Position numbers and translations under genes: made by a program. A stretch of DNA of 64,000 bases, from contig JAHFCE010000003.1 of the NCBI GenBank assembly GCA_023249675.1, forward strand, positions 111,785 to 175,784. The letters are read 5' to 3'. A model generated the notes under the pieces. That model had not been told where the DNA came from, did no database searches, and was given only the letters and a program-made list of their open reading frames with translations. This DNA comes from Elusimicrobiota bacterium (GTDB lineage Bacteria > Elusimicrobiota > Elusimicrobia > UBA1565 > UBA9628). Below are positions 55,480 through 63,833 of the stretch, piece by piece (within the stretch, counting starts at the first letter, position 1; each line of letters starts with the position of its first letter).

Positions 55480-57206
55480 AACATCGAGCCCCCATTGCCG
55501 GGCTCATCTCGCTGATCCTCGCCTCATCCTCTTTTGCCCAGACCGTGGGCGCCGTTGCGGCGCCAAACTTCCCCGGAGGCGTCCCGGCGCCAGTCATCCC
55601 CGGCGCGCCGGCGCTCGGCGGCGGCTTCTCGATGCCGCTGCCTTCAACATTCGCGCTGACTCCCACGATCACGCCGGCGCTCTCTGTCTCGGGGTCCGCA
55701 GCTCCACGCGCCGCTTCCATCAACCCTTCGATGGCTGCCCCCCGGCGTGCGCGCCGCCTCAAAGAAGACGCGGCAACGGCGGCGGTCAGCAACCCTCGAT
55801 CCGCCCCGCGCGCGCTTCGGACACTGTTCGACGGGAGTTCCGACGCCGACGAAGAATCCCCGGTCGCACCCGGAGTTCCGTTCAATTGGGTTCAGCAGAT
55901 GATCGGACAGTCCGCGGCGTCGAATACGAAACTGCAGGACGCCGTTCGGCGCAAGGGATTCGCGAAAGCGGCGGTCAATTCAGAGGTGCTGAAAAAACAC
56001 AACAACCGCTACACCGTCGAGCTCCCGGTGGGGCCAGTCATGAACCAGGAGGGGACGGAGCAATGCTGGGTCTACGCGGGCCAGAACGTGCTGCGTTCGA
56101 TGCTGATCGCCGCGGGCAAGGTCCCGAAGAATTTTGAGTTTTCTCATACCTACCTGCATTTCTTCAACATGCTCGAAAAAGCGAATCACCAGCTGGAAAC
56201 GGCCGCGGTGCGAATCTATAAACGCGGGAGGAAATCGGAGACCGCGACCAGTCGACGCAAGGCTCTCGTTCCTCGCATGGAGGACAACGGTGAATACGCC
56301 TATTTTGCCTTCCTCGTGTCCAAATACGGCTTGGTTCCGAAGAGCGCGATGAAGAATACGGTTTCCTCCGAGAAAACCGCCCTTTTGAATGAGGAGCTCA
56401 ATGCGCGCCTGGCTCTTGTCGAAGCGGAGATGATGGCCAACGCGCGGCGGCACAAGGCTGGACGCGCGCCTGACCTTGCGATGGAAATCTTGGAGCGCGG
56501 TCGGTCGCGTATCTGGAATATCCTGGCCGCGCATCTCGGCATCCCGCCCACGCAGTTCGCATATCGCCCGAACCCATCAAAGAGACCTCGGACGTTCACC
56601 CCGCGTAAATTCGCCCAAAAGTTCGTGGGGTTCGACCCGAATGACTATGTCTTGGTCGCGAGCTTCCCGGGCAAAAAGACGGGGACGACGTACGAGATCA
56701 AGGATTCGGCCATTGGCGCGTCGTCGCCGGGCCGCCCGCGCTCCAACGTGCGTTTTCTGCAAGTGGCTCTGGAGCGGCTCGAGGTGTTGGCCGTTGCGGC
56801 GATTGCGGGCGGGCAACCGGTCTATTTCGCGGCGGACCACTACAACGACATCCACTTGGAAAGCGGGATCATGCACCCGGAGATTTACAATCGCGCGGCT
56901 CTCTATCAGTCAGCCGATGAGGGACGCTTGTCCCGCGCGGAAGCATTCTATCTCGGACGCCTCCGCACGCGGCATGCAATGGCGTTGACGGGTTTCGACC
57001 GCCCGGATAACGATAAGCCGGTCGTTAAATTCAAGGTGGAGAACTCCTGGGGCGCGGACGTCGGCAGCCGCGGCGTTTTCCACCTCTACCGCGAGTGGTT
57101 CCATCGGAACGTGCTGGAGATACTCGTCCACCGCAGGTTTCTCAGCCGGCCCGAAAGGAAATCCTGGAACAACGCCATTCAGGTGAAGAATCCCGAATTA
57201 GGTTGA
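55470..57206 (+). CDS. Secreted papain-superfamily cysteine peptidase (C1, aminopeptidase C/bleomycin hydrolase-like) with a disordered Pro/Ala-rich N-terminal region
   Basis: 'QEGTEQCWVYAG' carries the catalytic Cys. 'KVENSWGADVG' plus an upstream His form the C-terminal catalytic motif. Confidence 0.7.
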   Translation: MSVKHRAPIAGLISLILASSSFAQTVGAVAAPNFPGGVPAPVIPGAPALGGGFSMPLPSTFALTPTITPALSVSGSAAPRAASINPSMAAPRRARRLKEDAATAAVSNPRSAPRALRTLFDGSSDADEESPVAPGVPFNWVQQMIGQSAASNTKLQDAVRRKGFAKAAVNSEVLKKHNNRYTVELPVGPVMNQEGTEQCWVYAGQNVLRSMLIAAGKVPKNFEFSHTYLHFFNMLEKANHQLETAAVRIYKRGRKSETATSRRKALVPRMEDNGEYAYFAFLVSKYGLVPKSAMKNTVSSEKTALLNEELNARLALVEAEMMANARRHKAGRAPDLAMEILERGRSRIWNILAAHLGIPPTQFAYRPNPSKRPRTFTPRKFAQKFVGFDPNDYVLVASFPGKKTGTTYEIKDSAIGASSPGRPRSNVRFLQVALERLEVLAVAAIAGGQPVYFAADHYNDIHLESGIMHPEIYNRAALYQSADEGRLSRAEAFYLGRLRTRHAMALTGFDRPDNDKPVVKFKVENSWGADVGSRGVFHLYREWFHRNVLEILVHRRFLSRPERKSWNNAIQVKNPELG

Positions 57207-57210
57207 GCGC

Positions 57211-58293
57211 CTACTTAAAAACAGACTTTTCGATCCAGGCGCTTACGTTTGGATTGGTCAGTCGCATAAGCTCTGGTTCGTAAAATGTGTAGGCGACAAA
57301 TTCGGCGAAGGCCTCGCTCGGTCCACCCAGCATCGAGTAGAGGGAGGGGAAGCCGAGCTTTTGGGCATAACCATTGACCCGCTCGTTGATTGAAGTAACG
57401 AACGCGGCTCTTTCTGGACCCTCCGGCATAGTCGCGGCGATCGTAAACTGAGAGTAATACCAGTCTTTCATCTCGCCGAGTTCCTTTGCGTCGACGCCCA
57501 CAAGCGACCACTCCCCGTCGGAACCAAGATTAAATCCTGTCAATTGGAGAAATTCGGGCAAGATGGAGGTATCTGGAAGATCCTGTTCGTCTCCATCGAA
57601 TATATGCGCAAGCTCGTGCAGAAGACCCAGGTCCGCCATATCGTGAGTCATTCCCGTGGTTCTGATGTGCGTACGCTTGCTCATGAAAAGTCGGTCCGTC
57701 ATATTGATGCTCTTGTCAAAGGAGTCATACCATGCAGAATTCATCTTCGCTTGCCACTGCCCTGAGTCCACGTCGAACTCCGCCCTTTGGGTATAGCGGA
57801 AAATAGTCGTATAACCGTTTCTGTTGACTTTTTGGAAGAAGGCGGTGAGCCGTGGATCGTTGACCAAGCCTGAGAACACCGGGCTAAAAAGATCGATTTC
57901 CTGGGGAGTCCACTCCTTGGGACCAGCGATCTGGCAGAACTGAGGTGGGGCCCATGGCGTCGCGCAGGTCCGGCCGGGGGAAAGAGAGAATGTCCCGAAG
58001 GTTGCTTGGACTGGCATGACAGGCGCCGGGATCGAGAGGTCAAAGGCCTTCGCGGACAACATGCGGATGTCATCGGCGCGAACCTGCGCCCGCTCTTTTT
58101 CCCCAGGGCTATCATCGCGCGGGATGTACGGCAGCACGACAGCCGCTGTCCCAGTGGCCGGAGCGATCTCGGCTGGGAGTTCACCTTCCGCCTTCAACTG
58201 CTCCAAAGCGTTTTCTTGGGCCGAGGCGGCAAGTAAAGAGGACCGAGCAATTAAAAGAGCCAACGCGACTGAGATCATGTTCTTCCTCCGCAC
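57211..58293 (-). CDS. Secreted putative zinc metallopeptidase (HEXXH)
   Basis: Signal peptide; 'LLHELAHIFD' is an HExxH motif, and a downstream 'EAFAEF' supplies a candidate third ligand. Confidence 0.5.
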   Translation of the reverse strand: MRRKNMISVALALLIARSSLLAASAQENALEQLKAEGELPAEIAPATGTAAVVLPYIPRDDSPGEKERAQVRADDIRMLSAKAFDLSIPAPVMPVQATFGTFSLSPGRTCATPWAPPQFCQIAGPKEWTPQEIDLFSPVFSGLVNDPRLTAFFQKVNRNGYTTIFRYTQRAEFDVDSGQWQAKMNSAWYDSFDKSINMTDRLFMSKRTHIRTTGMTHDMADLGLLHELAHIFDGDEQDLPDTSILPEFLQLTGFNLGSDGEWSLVGVDAKELGEMKDWYYSQFTIAATMPEGPERAAFVTSINERVNGYAQKLGFPSLYSMLGGPSEAFAEFVAYTFYEPELMRLTNPNVSAWIEKSVFK

Positions 58294-58446
58294 TCTGTAT
58301 TCGGGGGTGCCAAGTTATTGTACGGCAAACCGGGACATCCGCCATGAGTCCTAGGTCCTAGGAGTGGGGCCTCTTTGGACCTGTGCCGTTCGGGGGAATT
58401 AGGACCAAAGGACGCGCCGGCGTCCTTCCCTTGATCTATTCTCGAT

Positions 58447-58478
58447 GATAATGACTCGGTCCAGAACGAGTCATTATC
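58447..58478. other. Perfect 12-bp inverted repeat (hairpin) downstream of brnA
   Basis: GATAATGACTCG-gtccagaa-CGAGTCATTATC. There is no adjacent U-run. Confidence 0.6.
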
Positions 58479-58510
58479 TATCGCCGTAGATCGGATTGCC
58501 GATGAAGTCC

Positions 58511-58786
58511 CTAGCGCGTGATGCGGCGCTCCGGGTCGAGGCGCTCGCGCAGCCACATCTTGATGACCGCTTGTCGGGAGACGTTGAGCTTCACCGCCTC
58601 CTCGTCGAGCTTCTGGACCATCCACTCCGGGAAATCGACGTTGACTCGCTTAACCTTGACCCGCGTAAAGACCGCGCTTTCCATGTCAAGGTAGGGGGTG
58701 ATGTCCTTTCCCGAATCGAACATCCGGTCGAATTCCCTGCCTGTGATCGGCTTAAGAGTCTGTTTTCTTTTTATCCTGGTCTTCAT
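58511..58786 (-). CDS. brnA: BrnA-family (CopG/RHH-like) type II antitoxin
   Basis: 'DFPEWMVQKLDEEAVKLNVSRQAVIKMWL' matches the BrnA C-terminal RHH motif. Confidence 0.75.
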   Translation of the reverse strand: MKTRIKRKQTLKPITGREFDRMFDSGKDITPYLDMESAVFTRVKVKRVNVDFPEWMVQKLDEEAVKLNVSRQAVIKMWLRERLDPERRITR

Positions 58787-58825
58787 CGATTCTCTCCAAC
58801 CGTCTGTCCGCCCGGTGGCAGCTGA

Positions 58826-58930
58826 TTAAGCGTACGACCGCGCCTCCCAGAGCGCCTGCGCCTCCTCGAAATCAACCCCGTGCCGTTCCCAATTGAGACG
58901 GCTTTTCCTGGGGTCGAACTCGAACAACAC
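58826..58930 (-). pseudogene. brnT: Truncated BrnT (DUF497) toxin remnant, 34 codons then TAA
   Basis: The minus-strand translation 'VLFEFDPRKSRLNWERHGVDFEEAQALWEARSYA*' matches the BrnT N-terminus. It is in frame with brnA and sits directly upstream of it. Confidence 0.6.
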
Positions 58931-59049
58931 CGGCTTTTTAAAGTATAACAGTTATACCTCCTCGGTGCCAGGGCGAACTGCATCATTCTCCATGTCTTTA
59001 TACGATCGACCCCCGCCGAAAGTTCCATCAAAAGCGGTATCCTAGACGA

Positions 59050-60837
59050 ATGATCCTGCTCCTTCTCTCCGTCTTCCTCTCGGTTCCCAGCCTCGCCGCC
59101 GCTCCGACCGCCAAGGATGCCGCCACCTTCATGACTCGCGCCGAGGCCTCCCTTGACGAACTCGGTCGCCGCTCGAGCTTCTCCTCCTGGGCCCAGCAGA
59201 CCGACATCAACTACACCACCGAGTGGCTCGCCTCCGACGCCGACCGCGCCTTCGCCGCCGAGGCCGCCAAGCTCGCTCACGAGGCGCGCCGATTCGACCG
59301 CCTTCAGCTTCCGGCCGACCTCAAGCGCAAGTTCCTGCTCCTCAAGCTTGCGGTGGACTCTCCCTCCCCGCCCGACCTGAAAGAACAAAAAGAGCTGTCC
59401 GACGCCAAGGTCTGGCTCGAAGGGACCTACGGCAAGGGCAAGTATTGCCCGACTCCCGACAAGTGCCTGACCTTGGACGACATGGAGGACGTCCTCAAGG
59501 AGTCCCGCGACCCGAAGACGCTCCTCGACCTCTGGACCGGCTGGCGCAAAATTTCCGTTCCCATGCGCCCGCGCTACCGGCGCTTCGTTGAGCTCTCCAA
59601 CAAGGGCGCGCGGGACCTTGGTTTCAAAGACACCGCCGACCTGTGGCGCTCCGGCTACGACATGACGCCTGAGGCGTTCTCCGCCGAGCTCGACCGGCAG
59701 TGGCTGCAGATCAAGCCGTTGTATGAGGCTCTCCACGCCTACGTGCGCCGGCGCTTGACCGAGAAGTACGGCAGCGATGTCGTGGGCCCCGACGGCCTCA
59801 TTCCTGCGCATCTTCTTGGCAACATGTGGGGGCAATCCTGGGAGAACATTTACGATCTCGTCGCTCCCCCCAAGAGCAAACCCGCCTTCGACCTCACTGA
59901 GCGCCTGAAGGCCGCCAAGCTCGACGAGAAAACCATGGTGCAGTATGGCGAGAGGTTCTTCACCTCGATGGGCTTCGATCCCTTGCCCGCGACTTTTTGG
60001 GAACGCTCCATGCTGACGCGGCCCCGCGACCGCGAGGTCGTCTGCCACGCTTCGGCCTGGGACGTCGAAAGCGGCCAGGACCTGCGCATCAAGATGTGCA
60101 TCAAGATCAATGCCGAGGATTTCGTCACCATCCACCACGAGCTCGGCCACAATTTTTATCAGCGCGCGTATGAAAAGCAGCCGTACTTCTTCCGCGGCTC
60201 CGCCAACGACGGCTTCCACGAGGCACTGGGCGACACCATCGCGCTCGCGGTGACGCCGGAGTACCTGAAGGAGGTCGGGCTCATTGACTCTGTTCCCGGC
60301 CCGGAGGGGGACATCGACCTTCTCTTGAAGATGGCGCTTGAGCGGGTGGCGTTCCATCCCTTCGGCCTCCTGGTCGATCAGTGGCGCTGGGGCGTGTTTT
60401 CCGGCGCTATCGCGCCGGAAAACTACAACGACGCCTGGTGGGCCCTTGTTAAGAAGTATCAGGGCTTGAAGCCGCCGGTCGCCCGCACCGAGGCCGACTT
60501 CGACCCGGGCGCCAAGTACCACATCCCGGGCAACACCCCGTACGCGCGCTACTTCCTAGCACAGCTCTACCAGTTCCAGTTCTACCGCGCTTTGTGCCGG
60601 CAGCATGGGCACACCGGCCCGCTGCACCGCTGCTCGTTCTACGGGGACAAAGCCGCCGGCAAGCGCTTGGGCGACATGATGGCGATGGGCTCGAGCCGCC
60701 CGTGGCCCGACGCGCTTGAGGCCGCGACGGGCCAGCGCCGGATGGACGCGACGGCGATCCTGGAGTACTTCGCGCCGCTCAAGGCCTGGCTCGACGAGCA
60801 GAACAAGGGGCAAAGTGTTGGCTGGAAGGCGGACTGA
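59050..60837 (+). CDS. M2-family peptidyl-dipeptidase (angiotensin-converting-enzyme-like) with signal peptide
   Basis: 'HHELGHNFYQ' with a downstream 'HEALGD' matches the ACE motifs HHEMGH...EAIGD. Confidence 0.8.
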   Translation: MILLLLSVFLSVPSLAAAPTAKDAATFMTRAEASLDELGRRSSFSSWAQQTDINYTTEWLASDADRAFAAEAAKLAHEARRFDRLQLPADLKRKFLLLKLAVDSPSPPDLKEQKELSDAKVWLEGTYGKGKYCPTPDKCLTLDDMEDVLKESRDPKTLLDLWTGWRKISVPMRPRYRRFVELSNKGARDLGFKDTADLWRSGYDMTPEAFSAELDRQWLQIKPLYEALHAYVRRRLTEKYGSDVVGPDGLIPAHLLGNMWGQSWENIYDLVAPPKSKPAFDLTERLKAAKLDEKTMVQYGERFFTSMGFDPLPATFWERSMLTRPRDREVVCHASAWDVESGQDLRIKMCIKINAEDFVTIHHELGHNFYQRAYEKQPYFFRGSANDGFHEALGDTIALAVTPEYLKEVGLIDSVPGPEGDIDLLLKMALERVAFHPFGLLVDQWRWGVFSGAIAPENYNDAWWALVKKYQGLKPPVARTEADFDPGAKYHIPGNTPYARYFLAQLYQFQFYRALCRQHGHTGPLHRCSFYGDKAAGKRLGDMMAMGSSRPWPDALEAATGQRRMDATAILEYFAPLKAWLDEQNKGQSVGWKAD

Positions 60838-63131
60838 TGAGCCAGTCTGTGAGCGCCAAGAATCGCAGGATCTTCGCCGTGGGGATGTTTTTCCTGTCCG
60901 GATTCACCGCCTTGGTCTACGAGACGGTTTGGACGCGCCGCTTGGTGCTCGTTTTCGGAGCGACGATGACCTCGGCGAGCGCGGTTCTGGCCGGCTTCAT
61001 GGCGGGGATGGCCCTCGGCGCGCTCTGGGGTTCGAGGCTCGTCGGTCGGACGCGTGAACCTCTGAGGCTCTACGGTTTTTTGGAGCTGGGCGTTGCCGCC
61101 GCCGCGGCGGCCTTCCCATGGATCGTCGAAGGGGTTCTTCTGATCGTCGAGCGGACCGACCTCCCGGCGGGGCCTCTGCGCTTTGCCCTCATTTTCGCGG
61201 CCCTGCTCCCCGCGACGACGTTGATGGGCGCCACCTTCCCAGTCCTCGCCCACTTCACCGCTGAGGATGATTCGGGGCGCGGCGTCGGACATCTCTACGC
61301 CGCGAACTTAATCGGCGCGTGTCTCGGCACGCTGGTCACAGCCTACATCCTGCTGGCCTGCATCGGACTTGCCGGAAGCCACTGGCTTGCGGTGTCCGTC
61401 AACCTCGGTATCGGCGCGCTCGCCCTTTCCAGGCCGCGTCAGCCGCAAGCTCCGGCGCCAGCGAAAAGGACCCGTTTCTCCGAACGGCCCGCGATTGCCT
61501 GCCTGTTCGCCGCCGGCCTGTGTGGGATGGCGTATGAGGTCGTTTGGTTGCGGATTTTGATGCCGTCGTTCAATAATTCGGCGTATGGCTTTGCGGCGGT
61601 GATCTTCGTCTTCCTTCTCGGCTTGGGCGGAGGCAGCTTCCTTGCGGCGCGCAGTCCGGGATTGGATATCGTGGCGCTGGGGGGGCTCCAACTTCTGGCC
61701 GCGTTGTTCGCGTTCGTCGGCTACAGCCTCTTTGAACTCGCCGAACTCGTCCAGATTCGGCTCGGCACGATGGCTCCATCGACGATACGGCCGGTTATCT
61801 TTGCCCCCCTCATCGAGACCATGCTTGTCCTCTTGCCGTTGGCCGTGCTGCAAGGCATGCTTCTCCCCGCCGCCGTGCGCCTGACCGCGTCGCGCGTGGA
61901 CGCGGGGCCGACGGCCGGTCGCTTCTATTTCTGGAACACCGTCGGCGGCATCCTGGGCGCGCTGGCGGCCGGCTTTTGGTTGATTCCAGCGATCAACGTG
62001 CAGAATACGCTCTTCCTGACGATCACGCTCAGCGCGGCGTCCGGCGCGGGGCTGATGGCGTGGTCGACGCGAGTTCCGCGCTTGCGTTGGGGGGCGCCCG
62101 TATTTGCGGCCTCCGCACTCGCGCTCATGTGGGGAGCATTCGCGGGTCGGCACCTTCCCGAGAAGGTCTTGCTCGACTGGCTCAATCGCTCTCCGAGCTC
62201 GCAGACGGAACTCCTCTTTTACGCCGATGATCCCGAAGCCTCCGTCGCGGTGCCCGCGCCCGTCCGTCGCCTGATCATCAACGGCGTCGGCGTGACCGGC
62301 TACACGAACGCGACGAAGATGATGGCGCATATCCCCCTGCTTCTGCACCCGAAGCCCCAGCGCGTGCTCATCATCTGCTTCGGCATGGGAACGACTTTCC
62401 GCTCGGCCCTGAGGCATCCGGTGGACGTCGAGGTCGTCGACCTTGTTCCCTCGGTGTTTGAAACCTTCCGTTTCTTTTATGCGGACGCTGCAGCCCGTGC
62501 GGCGGACCCGCGCGCGAAACGCTTCGTCGATGACGGGCGCAACCATCTTCTGCGGTCTCACGGAGGCTACGATGTGATCATCGTGGATCCGTCGCCGCCG
62601 CTGTACGCGGCCGGAACGGTGAACCTCTACAGCAAGGACTTCTTTGAACTGGCGCGACGCCGCCTGCGGCCGGGGGGGATTCTCTCCGTCTGGCTTCCCG
62701 AGTATCCGGAACCGGATTTCAAGATGGTGATGAAGAGTTTCGTCTCCGCCATGCCGCAGACCCAGTTCTGGCTGGGCACCGCCGACAAGGGCGGCATCGT
62801 GATGCTGGGAAGCCAGACGCCCCTGCCGCGAGACCGCGTGCGCGTGCGCGAGCGCATGAAAGATCCCGGTCTGCGCACGGATCTGCGCGAACTCAATGGA
62901 GAATTCGAGAGAGAGGATGCGTTCTGGGAGCTTGCGCTCGGATCCGGAGAGAGCTTCCGCGATTACTTGTCGGGAAGCCCTGAGATCACCGATGATTTTC
63001 CACGCCTCGAGTATCCGTACCATCGCGCCAAGACGTCCGCCTATTTGAAGCATCCCGCGATTCTGGCGGCCGCCAGCGCGCCGGTCGTTGGGAGCGCTCA
63101 AGAGAGCCGGGTCTACGAAAAGCTAGAATAG
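60837..63131 (+). CDS. Polytopic membrane domain fused to a spermidine synthase-like (aminopropyltransferase/class I MTase fold) domain
   Basis: About 12 N-terminal TM helices. The C-terminus has 'VLIICFGMGTTF' and 'VIIVDPSPP' (compare the spermidine synthase motif 'DxxDP'). ATG overlaps the upstream TGA. Confidence 0.65.
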   Translation: MSQSVSAKNRRIFAVGMFFLSGFTALVYETVWTRRLVLVFGATMTSASAVLAGFMAGMALGALWGSRLVGRTREPLRLYGFLELGVAAAAAAFPWIVEGVLLIVERTDLPAGPLRFALIFAALLPATTLMGATFPVLAHFTAEDDSGRGVGHLYAANLIGACLGTLVTAYILLACIGLAGSHWLAVSVNLGIGALALSRPRQPQAPAPAKRTRFSERPAIACLFAAGLCGMAYEVVWLRILMPSFNNSAYGFAAVIFVFLLGLGGGSFLAARSPGLDIVALGGLQLLAALFAFVGYSLFELAELVQIRLGTMAPSTIRPVIFAPLIETMLVLLPLAVLQGMLLPAAVRLTASRVDAGPTAGRFYFWNTVGGILGALAAGFWLIPAINVQNTLFLTITLSAASGAGLMAWSTRVPRLRWGAPVFAASALALMWGAFAGRHLPEKVLLDWLNRSPSSQTELLFYADDPEASVAVPAPVRRLIINGVGVTGYTNATKMMAHIPLLLHPKPQRVLIICFGMGTTFRSALRHPVDVEVVDLVPSVFETFRFFYADAAARAADPRAKRFVDDGRNHLLRSHGGYDVIIVDPSPPLYAAGTVNLYSKDFFELARRRLRPGGILSVWLPEYPEPDFKMVMKSFVSAMPQTQFWLGTADKGGIVMLGSQTPLPRDRVRVRERMKDPGLRTDLRELNGEFEREDAFWELALGSGESFRDYLSGSPEITDDFPRLEYPYHRAKTSAYLKHPAILAAASAPVVGSAQESRVYEKLE

Positions 63132-63154
63132 ACTCCCGCAGAACACCAATTTGG

Positions 63155-63241
63155 GGAGAGGTGGCCGAGCGGTTTAAGGCACCAGTCTTGAAAACTGGCG
63201 ACGTGTAACAGCGTCCGTGGGTTCGAATCCCACCCTCTCCG
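63155..63241 (+). tRNA. tRNA-Ser (anticodon UGA)
   Basis: Acceptor stem GGAGAGG/CCTCTCC, D-loop 'GCCGAGCGGTTTAAGGC', anticodon loop 'CTTGAAA', long variable arm and T-loop 'GGTTCGAATCC'. No encoded CCA. Confidence 0.85.
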
Positions 63242-63284
63242 AAGTTTTTAGGGAACAAAATCGGGGTCTCGATCGTCTGGTAGT

Positions 63285-63770
63285 ATGGAGATCTCGAAGA
63301 TCGATGGATTGATTCACGTTCTGCGGGGCCAGCGGGTCATGCTCGATGTTGACCTGGCTGAGCTTTATGGCGTCGAAGTCCGCCAGCTCAAGCGGCAGGT
63401 TCGCCGTAATAAGGAGCGTTTCCCTGAGGATTTTTTATTTACGCTCACCGCGCGGGAGTATGAAATCTTAAGGTGCCAAATTGGCACCTTAAGTTGGGGG
63501 CGACATTCGAAGTATCTTCCCTTTGCTTTCACCGAGCACGGTGTCGCCATGCTGTCGAGCGTTCTAAACAGTCCGCGGGCGATCTCGGCCAATATTGAGA
63601 TCATGCGGGCGTTCACGCGACTGCGCGGCATTCTCGCGGAACAGCGTCAGCTGATCGCTCGTCTTAACGAGCTTGAGGGCCGCTATGACGCGCAGTTTAA
63701 GGATGTGTTTGCTGCGATACGGCAGCTGATGGAGCCGCCGGTTGCCCCAAAGAAGAAGATCGGGTTTTAG
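63285..63770 (+). CDS. ORF6N-domain protein (phage/antirepressor-associated)
   Basis: 'IHVLRGQRVMLDVDLAELYGVEVRQLKRQVRRNKERFPEDFLFTLT' is the ORF6N signature. Confidence 0.7.
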   Translation: MEISKIDGLIHVLRGQRVMLDVDLAELYGVEVRQLKRQVRRNKERFPEDFLFTLTAREYEILRCQIGTLSWGRHSKYLPFAFTEHGVAMLSSVLNSPRAISANIEIMRAFTRLRGILAEQRQLIARLNELEGRYDAQFKDVFAAIRQLMEPPVAPKKKIGF

Positions 63771-63806
63771 CCGAACTGGGTCGAAAGGCCCGCGCGGACG
63801 CCCCCT

Positions 63807-63833
63807 CATGGAAGGTAGAATGTACCTTCCATG
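63807..63833. promoter_or_regulatory. 11-bp perfect inverted repeat spanning the SD-like sequence and ATG of the downstream ABC-F gene
   Basis: CATGGAAGGTA-gaatg-TACCTTCCATG. GGAAGG pairs with CCTTCC. An 8-codon uORF MEGRMYLP* ends in an ATGA overlap. Confidence 0.5.

Noticed and set aside
58783-60522. 579-aa minus-strand ORF
   Set aside because: Antisense to the M2/ACE-like peptidase, which has clear HHELGH...HEALGD motifs. Only a different frame near 58826-58930 carries a real signal, the brnT remnant.
61308-63101. 597-aa minus-strand ORF
   Set aside because: Antisense to the TM/spermidine-synthase-like fusion gene, with an Arg/Gly/His-rich product and no motifs.
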